From Candidatus Eiseniibacteriota bacterium (GTDB taxonomy: Bacteria > Eisenbacteria > RBG-16-71-46), in assembly GCA_031364845.1 (NCBI GenBank), contig JANLWX010000085.1, forward strand, positions 1 to 14,923: a DNA stretch of 14,923 nt. Reading direction: 5' to 3'. A program made the position numbers and the translations under genes. The notes below the pieces were generated by a model. That model had not been told where the DNA came from and made no database searches. It worked only from the letters and a program-made list of their open reading frames with translations. Below, piece after piece: positions 8,309-14,923 of the stretch. The stretch's first letter is position 1. Each line of letters opens with the position of its first letter.

Positions 8309-10000
8309 TCACCACTCGCCCTCGCGCTGCGCCAGGCGCCAGGCACGGCGCGCGGCGAGTGCCGTGGCGGCGAGCAGAACGATGGCGGCGGCGAACACGG
8401 GTGCGGCGGGAAAACCCGCGTAGATCAGGTAGAGCCACCAGAAGTCGATCGCGTGGAGCAGCGCGCTCTGATCACCGGGGTCGATGCCGAGCCGGACCGC
8501 AGTCGCAGCATCGGAAGGCACTGCCGAGGGCGAGTTTGAAGTCGCGCCGTTCACGACGGCGCGGCCTGCGCCGATCCGCGGCGCATTTCCGCGCGCGTGC
8601 TCGGCCGCATTGCGCCACAACAGCCGCCAGTGTCCGACGATCGGCGTATAGCGCGGATTGAAATGGCTGTCGCTCATCGAGCGCGGATGTTCGAGCGGCA
8701 ACGTGTACGGATAGTCGCCCGCTTCACGCATCTGCGCACCGAAGTAGATCGCGACACCTCCGGCCTGCACCAGAAATCCCAGCACCCCGAGCACCATCGC
8801 CCAGCGACGCACGGTTCGCGATCCGCGTTCGATCGAAAGCGCCACCACGAGGAATGCGAGCGGCAGCACCGGGACCAGATAGCGCGGCCCGAACGAACCG
8901 TCACCCGCCCAGTGCTGGAACCGGCCGTACAACCACAACGCCGCGAGTGCCGCGAGTGCCGCGCCCCAGCGCACGCGGGCTTCGGCGTCGAGCCGCGCGA
9001 GACGCGCCAGCAGCCCGCGGCGCGCGGTGACGTCGGCGTCGCGCGACGGTTGGAGCCACTGCGAGGCACCCGCGTGCGTGAGCCATCCGGGCAGCGCCAC
9101 CCACAGCGCGGGCGCGAACCACAGCACGCCCTTCCCCGACGAGATCACAAGGCCGTAGATGCCGGCGAGCAGCGGCGTCGTGTAGGCGGCGGCGGTCGCC
9201 TGCGCGCCGTAGCCGGTCTCGAACAGCGTTCCGAAGCGCGCCTGGTTGTAGAGCCCGTGCCCGATGATCGCGAATGCGAGGCCCACCACCGGCGTGATCC
9301 ACGCGCGCGCCGGGCGTCCCGCGAGCGTGCCCATGCATGCGAGTGCGAGCGGCAGCATGCTGAGCTTGACCGACACCGCGAGGAACACGCCGAGTGCGGC
9401 GGCCCGCTCGTCCCACGCGACACCGTCCTCGCGCCGCGCGACGTTGCGCGCATCGCTGCCCACGCCGGCGCACCCCGCGAGCGCGAGCAGCAGGCCGAGC
9501 GACTGGAGCGGTTCGGCCATGAAGCTCTTGGAGTACACCCACAGCGGAGTCGTGAAGCCGAGCAGCACCGTGCTCCCGAGCGCCACGCGGCTTCCGATCC
9601 CGAGCCGCCGCGCGGTGACGTAGAACACGCCGAGCAGGATCGCGATCACGAACGCGTTGAAGAACGAGGTGACGAACCGCACCGCGAGCTCGCGCCTGGC
9701 TGGCGCGAGCGGTACCGCGCGCACCGCGGCCTCGCCCGCCGCGACCAGCGGCAGCGCGAGCACCGCCTGGAGTGCGGCGTTCTTCGTGTGGTGGCGTCCG
9801 TCGGATCCCGCGAGTGTCGCACCCGGCGGCACCTCGACGCTGCCGCGCATCAGCGCGCGCGACAACTCGAACATCGAAACCTCGTCCGAGCCGACCAGCC
9901 GTCCGCCTCCGGTGAGTGCGCACGCGAGCAACGTCGCGATCCCGATTGCGCGCGCCGTACGGATCACCGAGGAGTGCGGCAGGAACGAGACGATCTTCAT
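8309..10000 (-). CDS. Polytopic membrane protein, probable GT-C fold (lipid-carrier-dependent, ArnT/PMT-like) glycosyltransferase
   Basis: Start reassigned to ATG 10000 (ATGA overlap with the GT4 stop). Acidic SDE pair after the first TM, then YSKSFMAEP, YNQARFG..FETGY, GKGVLWFAP and W.GD.SFGPRYL.P, with about 11-13 TM segments. Confidence 0.7.
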   Translation of the reverse strand: MKIVSFLPHSSVIRTARAIGIATLLACALTGGGRLVGSDEVSMFELSRALMRGSVEVPPGATLAGSDGRHHTKNAALQAVLALPLVAAGEAAVRAVPLAPARRELAVRFVTSFFNAFVIAILLGVFYVTARRLGIGSRVALGSTVLLGFTTPLWVYSKSFMAEPLQSLGLLLALAGCAGVGSDARNVARREDGVAWDERAAALGVFLAVSVKLSMLPLALACMGTLAGRPARAWITPVVGLAFAIIGHGLYNQARFGTLFETGYGAQATAAAYTTPLLAGIYGLVISSGKGVLWFAPALWVALPGWLTHAGASQWLQPSRDADVTARRGLLARLARLDAEARVRWGAALAALAALWLYGRFQHWAGDGSFGPRYLVPVLPLAFLVVALSIERGSRTVRRWAMVLGVLGFLVQAGGVAIYFGAQMREAGDYPYTLPLEHPRSMSDSHFNPRYTPIVGHWRLLWRNAAEHARGNAPRIGAGRAVVNGATSNSPSAVPSDAATAVRLGIDPGDQSALLHAIDFWWLYLIYAGFPAAPVFAAAIVLLAATALAARRAWRLAQREGEW

Positions 10001-11211
10001 GAGGCGCTCCGCGACGGCGCATCGGCGTGCGTTGCGATGGCACCCGCGTCTCGCCATCCGCGAGCCGGGGCGAGTTCATCCGCGAGATCAATCGTCGCGG
10101 CCGCGAGCGCCTCCCACGAATGCTCCTGCTGAACGCGCGCGACGCCGCGACGCAGCCCGGGTCCCAAGTCCTCCGCGAAGAATCGCGTGATGGCCGCGGC
10201 GATCGCGTGCGGACTCTCGGGCGGCACGACCAGCCCGGTTTCGGGCGTCACGGTTTCCGCGAGTCCGCCCACGTCGGTCGTGATCACGGGAACACCGAGG
10301 GCATAGGCGACGTGCGTGACCCCGCTCTGCGTCGCCGAGCGGTACGGCAGCACGACGACGTCGCTCGCCTTGAATGCAGCCTCCACTTCCTCGTCAGGCA
10401 GATAGCGCTCGAGCAGCCGCACGTGCGGCTCGCCGCCCGCTTCGGCGGCGAGCGCGCGATACGGTGCCGCATCCTCGTAGAACTCGCCAGCCACGAGCAG
10501 CGTCGCGCGCGGACGGTTCGCGCGCACCTGGGGCCACGCGCGCAGCAGCGTGTCGAGCCCCTTGTAGCGGCGCACGTAGCCGAAGAACAGGACGACCTCG
10601 GTGCCGGGTTCGATCCCGAGTTTCGCGCGGGCGCTTTCGCGATCGTAGCGGCCGCGATCGAACTGCGCGTAGAGCGGATGGGCGACGCGACGCCGCGCGG
10701 CACCGGGCTTCAGGCGGTCGAGATCGCGCTCGACCGCGTCGGACATCACCAGATAGCCGTCGGAGTTCCGCATCATCCACGACGTGAACGCGTCGTCGAA
10801 CGGCCGCTTCTCGTGCGGCACCAGGTTGTCGCACACGAGGATCACGCGCGTGCCGCGCGCGCGCAGCCGGCCGACCGCCGAAGCGAACGCGGGGCCGAAG
10901 AACGGCATCCACCACTTGAGGATCACGATACCTGGCGCAAAGCGCTCGAGGTGTGCGGCGACGCGGCGCCAGCTCCACGGCCCGATCGAATCGAGCATCG
11001 CGTCGGTGCGAAAGCCAGGCTTGGGCGCCATGGGATCGAGCTGGCTCTGGCCGGGGAACAGGAAGTCCGGATACTGGCGCGTGAACGTCACGCCGATCAC
11101 GTCCGCATGCGGCGTCAGGGCCTCACCCAGCAGCGCGAGGTACTGCGCGAGCCCGCCGCGCCACGGGGCGAGCGGACCGACCATCGCGATGCGCGCCCGC
11201 GCGGCGGACAT
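9997..11211 (-). CDS. Glycosyltransferase family 4 (GT-B)
   Basis: IAMVGPLAPWRGGLAQY, VLFFGYVRRYKGLD, ASDVVVLPYRSATQSGV and PVITTDVGGLAE. ATG at 11211 has GGAG upstream; an alternative in-frame GTG lies at 11226. Confidence 0.92.
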   Translation of the reverse strand: MSAARARIAMVGPLAPWRGGLAQYLALLGEALTPHADVIGVTFTRQYPDFLFPGQSQLDPMAPKPGFRTDAMLDSIGPWSWRRVAAHLERFAPGIVILKWWMPFFGPAFASAVGRLRARGTRVILVCDNLVPHEKRPFDDAFTSWMMRNSDGYLVMSDAVERDLDRLKPGAARRRVAHPLYAQFDRGRYDRESARAKLGIEPGTEVVLFFGYVRRYKGLDTLLRAWPQVRANRPRATLLVAGEFYEDAAPYRALAAEAGGEPHVRLLERYLPDEEVEAAFKASDVVVLPYRSATQSGVTHVAYALGVPVITTDVGGLAETVTPETGLVVPPESPHAIAAAITRFFAEDLGPGLRRGVARVQQEHSWEALAAATIDLADELAPARGWRDAGAIATHADAPSRSAS

Positions 11212-11344
11212 GCGCCGCTCCGTCACTGGCCGCGCGGCGCGGACCCGCTCAGGAGCCCGCGGGGCTCGAACTGAGTCGGAACCATCTGCCCGCCGCAGAA
11301 CGAGAGCCGCAGCGGCACGCGTGCGTGGAAATGGCGGGGCGCGC

Positions 11345-12037
11345 TCACCGGACGAACGCGCGCTCGGCGCGCTCCCAGTCCTCGGGCGTGCCGATGTCGA
11401 AGAACCGGCCGTCGCAGCGGTGCCCCAACAGGAGCCGGCCCTCGGCGAGCCCGGGCAGCGTGTCGCGCTCGAGCGACGACACACCGGCCGGCAGCCGCCG
11501 CCACAGCGAAGCATCGAACGCATAGACGCCGCCGTTGACCCACGCCGGCCCCGAGAACGCATCGTCCTTCTCGACGAACGCCGCGATGCGGTCGTCATCG
11601 CCGACTTCGACGCGTCCGCGCGAGCGCGCGTCGGGAACCCGGAACAGCGCGACCGCGCCGAGTGCGCCGTGGGCCCAGCGATCGCGCTCGACCGCCCACG
11701 GATCGCATTCGGGAAGCGTGTCGCCGTTGACCACGATCATCGGGCCGTCGACGAACGACGCCGCCTGCATGAGCGCGCCACCGGTTCCGAGCGGCTGGTC
11801 CTCGACCGAATACTGGAGCCGCACGCCGTGGGCGCTGCCGTCGCCGAGCGTGGCGCGCACCTGATCGGCGCCGTAGCCGACCAGCAGCACGGCTTCGCGG
11901 ATGCCGTGCGCCGCGAGCCATTCGAGCTGGCGCGCGAGGAACGGCGCGCCGCCGAGCGGCGCCAGCGGTTTCGGAAGATCGCCGAAGCGCGGCTTGAGTC
12001 GCGTCCCCTGTCCGCCCGCGAGAATCAACGCGCGCAT
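11345..12037 (-). CDS. Sugar-1-phosphate nucleotidyltransferase (HddC/WcbM-like or mannose-1-P guanylyltransferase-like)
   Basis: Start reassigned to MRALILAGGQGTRL at 12037 (TGATG overlap). Motifs LPKPLAP, EDQPLGTGGAL, VNGDT, FVEK, VNGGVY, SLERD, FFDIGTPED. Single domain, 230 aa. Confidence 0.88.
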   Translation of the reverse strand: MRALILAGGQGTRLKPRFGDLPKPLAPLGGAPFLARQLEWLAAHGIREAVLLVGYGADQVRATLGDGSAHGVRLQYSVEDQPLGTGGALMQAASFVDGPMIVVNGDTLPECDPWAVERDRWAHGALGAVALFRVPDARSRGRVEVGDDDRIAAFVEKDDAFSGPAWVNGGVYAFDASLWRRLPAGVSSLERDTLPGLAEGRLLLGHRCDGRFFDIGTPEDWERAERAFVR

Positions 12038-12984
12038 CAGCGGCCCTCGCGGTTGAAGCGCCGGCGCACCGGATAGTCCACCCGCGCGCGTGCGCCCATG
12101 TGGGCGATCATCTCGCCGATCAATCCCATCAGCACGAACTGGATGCCGACCAGCACCAGTCCCACGCCGAGCAGCATGAGCGGGCGCACACGCAGCGGCT
12201 CGTGGTTGATCCACTGCGCGATGAAGAAGAACCCCGGCAGGCAGCCGAGCACGAGGAACAGGATGCCGATGCGCCCGAACACGTGCAGCGGCTTCAAGGC
12301 CGACGTCGAGATGAACGCCGCCGCGAGCAGGTCGAGGAAGCCGTTGATGAAGCGCGCCGGACCGAACTTGCTCTTGCCGTACTGGCGCGCGCGGTGGTGA
12401 ACCCCGACTTCGCCGACGCGGAACCCGCGCCAGTTCGCGAGCGCCGGCATGAAGCGGTGCAGTTCGCCGTAGAGCTCGATCGACTCGACCACGTCGCGCG
12501 TGTAGAGCTTGAAGCCGCAATTGAAATCGTGGAGCCGGATGCCCGCGACCGACGAGGTGACCGCGTTGAACAACCGCGAGGGCAGCGTCTTCGAGATCGG
12601 ATCCTGGCGGTTCTGCTTCCATCCCGACACGAGGTCGTATCCGCTCTCGATCGCGGCCACCAGCTTCGGCAGTTCAGAAGGGTCGTCCTGCAGATCAGCG
12701 TCGAGCGTGAGGATCCACTCGCCGGTCGCGTGGCGGAATCCGGTCGCAAGTGCGGCGGACTTGCCGAAGTTGCGGCGCAGGATGATGCCGCCCACCCGAG
12801 GATCGGAAGCCGCGAGTTCTTCGATGACGCGGTCGGTGCCGTCGCGCGATCCGTCGTCGACGTAGAGGATCTCCCACACGCAACCCTGCTGCTCGAGTGC
12901 CAGGACCAGCTCCTTGTGGAGCTGCGGCAGGCTCTCGGCTTCGTTGAGCGCCGGAACGACCGCGGAGATCGAAGGGCGGCTCAT
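12037..12984 (-). CDS. Glycosyltransferase family 2, polyprenol-phosphate glycosyltransferase (ArnC/GtrB/DPM-synthase-like)
   Basis: ISAVVPALNEAESL, VDDGSRD, RRNFGKSAAL, LDADLQDDP, DFNCGFKLY, LYGELHRF, and two C-terminal TM helices. Confidence 0.9.
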   Translation of the reverse strand: MSRPSISAVVPALNEAESLPQLHKELVLALEQQGCVWEILYVDDGSRDGTDRVIEELAASDPRVGGIILRRNFGKSAALATGFRHATGEWILTLDADLQDDPSELPKLVAAIESGYDLVSGWKQNRQDPISKTLPSRLFNAVTSSVAGIRLHDFNCGFKLYTRDVVESIELYGELHRFMPALANWRGFRVGEVGVHHRARQYGKSKFGPARFINGFLDLLAAAFISTSALKPLHVFGRIGILFLVLGCLPGFFFIAQWINHEPLRVRPLMLLGVGLVLVGIQFVLMGLIGEMIAHMGARARVDYPVRRRFNREGR

Positions 12985-13051
12985 GATGCCGGCACCGTGC
13001 GCGCGCTGCGCGGGTGCGCGGCGAACGTCTCCGTGATCACGCGGAACACCG

Positions 13052-14002
13052 TCATGCGCGGTCCGCGTACACTCCCCGCGCCCACTCGGCTTCCGCGGCG
13101 AGACCCTGTTCGATCGGCGTGCTGGGGGTGAATCCGAAGTCGGCCTGGATGCGCGAGGCGTCGGCGCGCGTGCGCCGCGGATCGCCGGGCGGCAGCGGTT
13201 GGAAGTCGATGTTCGCCTTCACGCCGAGCGCCTTCTCGAGGATCGCGATCGCCTCGAGCACTTCGACCTGCGATCCGCCGCCGACGTTGTACACGCCGCG
13301 GCCGGGCGCGTTCTTCCACGCGCGCACATTCGCTTCGACCGCATCGGCGATGAACGTGAAGTCGCGCGACTGCTTGCCGTCGCCGTACACCGCGATCGGC
13401 TCGCCGCGCAGCATCGAGCGGCAGAAGCGGTGGAACGCCATGTCGGGGCGCTGGCGCGGACCGTAGACCGTGAAGTAGCGCAGTGCGGCCACCGGCACGC
13501 CGAAGTTGCGGCCGTAGAGCAGCACCAGATGTTCGGCGGCGAGCTTGGTGACGCCGTAAGGCGAGAACGGCCGCGGGAGCAGATCCTCGTCGGTCGGATA
13601 TTTCTCGGCGTCTCCGTACACCGACGACGACGACGCATACACGAAGCGCTCGGGCGGCGAATGGCGATAGCGTTCGAGCAGCCGCTGCGTGGCGAGCACG
13701 TTGTGGTGCGTGTAGATCGCGAACTCGGCGCCCCACGACGCGCGCACGCCCGGCTGGGCCGCCTGATGGTAGACCGCGTTCACATCCGGCAGGACCGAAA
13801 GATCGGCTTCGCCGAGATCCAGCTCGAGCAGCTTGAAGCCCGGGTGCCGCATCGCGCGCTCGAGATTGCGGCGCTTGAGGGCCGGGTCGTAGTAGTCGGT
13901 GAACATGTCGACGCCCGTGACCTGAACGCCCATTTCGAGCAGCCGTTCCGTAAGGCTCGAGCCGATGAAACCGGCGGCTCCGGTGACCAATGCGTGCGCC
14001 AT
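13052..14002 (-). CDS. NAD-dependent NDP-sugar epimerase/dehydratase (UDP-glucuronate 4-epimerase-like extended SDR)
   Basis: Start reassigned to ATG 14002 (AAAGGA upstream). TGAAGFIG Rossmann motif, AAQPGVR, ASSSSVYG, YGVTK catalytic YxxxK, and RYFTVYGPRQRPDMA. Confidence 0.9.
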   Translation of the reverse strand: MAHALVTGAAGFIGSSLTERLLEMGVQVTGVDMFTDYYDPALKRRNLERAMRHPGFKLLELDLGEADLSVLPDVNAVYHQAAQPGVRASWGAEFAIYTHHNVLATQRLLERYRHSPPERFVYASSSSVYGDAEKYPTDEDLLPRPFSPYGVTKLAAEHLVLLYGRNFGVPVAALRYFTVYGPRQRPDMAFHRFCRSMLRGEPIAVYGDGKQSRDFTFIADAVEANVRAWKNAPGRGVYNVGGGSQVEVLEAIAILEKALGVKANIDFQPLPPGDPRRTRADASRIQADFGFTPSTPIEQGLAAEAEWARGVYADRA

Positions 14003-14015
14003 GGCGATTCCTTTC

Positions 14016-14138
14016 AGGGGGTTCCTGAGAATTCCGATTGCTGCGTTGGCTTCGTCGCTCCTCACTGCGGCGTATCTTACGATACGCCTCGCTCGTCGCT
14101 CCTTGCCGCCTTGCACTCGGAACTCTCAGGAACCCCCT
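14016..14138. mobile_element. MITE-like non-coding element with 26-bp terminal inverted repeats
   Basis: AGGGGGTTCCTGAGAATTCCGATTGC (14016-14041) is the reverse complement of 14113-14138 with 2 mismatches. Central hairpin GGCGTATC-TTAC-GATACGCC (14069-14088). Internal direct repeat TCGTCGCTCCT at 14052 and 14093. No transposase in the window. Confidence 0.7.
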
Positions 14139-14814
14139 AAGGTAGTTGAGGTACCGGGGGACGCATCGTCGTGGGTGGCGCTGCGAGTCCGAGCGCGCGC
14201 CGCTGCTGCTCGAGCAACTGCTGAGCCTGGGCGTCGCCGGGGTTCGCCTGAACCCAGCGCTCGACGTAGCTCAGCGCCCGCTCGCGCTGACCCGACTCCC
14301 ACAGCGTGAAGTAGGCGGCGTAGTAGGCCATGCTGTAAGTGGGATCGATCCGGATCACCTGATCGAGCTGCTGGAGCGCCGCGGGGATCTCCCCGCGATA
14401 CGACATTACGACGCCGTAGTAGTAACGCGCTTCGGCATCATTCGGATTGCGATCGACGATCTGCTTGAACAGCGCGAGCGCGCGAGTCGTGTCGCCGGCG
14501 TCCATGTAGAAGCTGCCGAGCGGCACCATGAGATCGGTGTAGTCGGGGAACATGCGCTGCACCCGCTCCATCTCGGCGATCCCGCGGGTGATCTCGCCCT
14601 TGCGCCGGTAGTAGAACGCGAGCTGCAGGTGCGCGGCGGCGTAGTTGCGCGACAGCGTCGAGGCGTTCTCGTCCTTGTACACCGACTCGTCCCAGCTGCC
14701 GTCTTCCTTGAACAGGCCCTTGTACTTGAAGACTTCGTAGAGCGCCTTGCGCGTCACCGGCTCGTCGACCTGCTCGGTCGTCGAATCCGGATTCACGCGA
14801 TAGACCAGGCCCTC
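14137..14814 (-). CDS. TPR-containing C-terminal portion of a larger protein (DUF2723/TMEM260-like), 5' end lost
   Basis: TPR helices (LGSFYMDAGDTTRALALFKQIVDRNPNDAEARYYYG; GEIPAALQQLDQVIRIDP). The frame stays open upstream of the track's GTG, giving EGLVYRVNPD...FKYKGL...VYKDEN...NY, which I recognise as resembling DUF2723 C-termini (not verified by search). Confidence 0.7.
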   Translation of the reverse strand, partial: EGLVYRVNPDSTTEQVDEPVTRKALYEVFKYKGLFKEDGSWDESVYKDENASTLSRNYAAAHLQLAFYYRRKGEITRGIAEMERVQRMFPDYTDLMVPLGSFYMDAGDTTRALALFKQIVDRNPNDAEARYYYGVVMSYRGEIPAALQQLDQVIRIDPTYSMAYYAAYFTLWESGQRERALSYVERWVQANPGDAQAQQLLEQQRRALGLAAPPTTMRPPVPQLP

Positions 14815-14923
14815 TACGAAGTCTTCAAGTACAAGGGCCTGTTCAAGGAAGACGGCAGCTGGGACGAGTCGGTGTACAAGGACGAGAACGCCTCGACGCT
14901 GTCGCGCAGCTACGCCGCCGCGC
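14631..14923. repeat. Terminal fold-back inverted duplication (112 bp), probable chimera artefact
   Basis: 14812-14923 is the reverse complement of 14631-14742 with one mismatch (14909). The spacer is 69 bp and the repeat runs to the last base of the window. Confidence 0.92.

Noticed and set aside
8940..8963. 9-bp tandem repeat GCCGCGAGT
   Set aside because: In-frame coding repeat (Ala-Ala-Leu) within a TM helix, too short to suggest phase variation.
11253..11275. GTTCGAGCCCC on the minus strand resembling a tRNA T-loop
   Set aside because: No T-stem pairing, acceptor stem or cloverleaf around it.
11212..12622. Long N-terminal extensions given by the ORF track for the GT4 (to 11598) and nucleotidyltransferase (to 12622)
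   Set aside because: They overlap upstream genes and are low-complexity. Family motifs and stop/start overlaps place the starts at 11211 (or 11226) and 12037.
14003..14116. Upstream GTG start for the epimerase at 14116
   Set aside because: It lies inside the MITE-like element. The Rossmann motif and RBS support ATG 14002.

Overview
Very GC-rich bacterial DNA. Almost all of it is one minus-strand, tightly coupled gene chain. In transcription order: a 5'-truncated TPR protein (DUF2723/TMEM260-like C-terminus, by inference), an NDP-sugar epimerase, a polyprenol-phosphate GT2, a sugar-1-phosphate nucleotidyltransferase, a GT4, a GT-C-like membrane glycosyltransferase, a second GT2, a SAM methyltransferase with a C-terminal Cys4 ribbon, a Wzx-type flippase, an AsnB-type amidotransferase, and a Cu(I) P1B-ATPase (copA). 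The 3' end of a zincin metallopeptidase converges from the left edge. Non-coding structure: a 123-bp MITE-like element with 26-bp terminal inverted repeats just upstream of the epimerase, a REP/BIME-like hairpin and repeat cluster between the amidotransferase and copA, and a structured spacer before the GT4. Each of the three larger gaps between the epimerase and copA is spanned by a small ORF that overlaps the upstream stop and a downstream in-frame start. The last 112 bp are a fold-back inverted copy of 14631-14742, most likely an amplification or assembly chimera.
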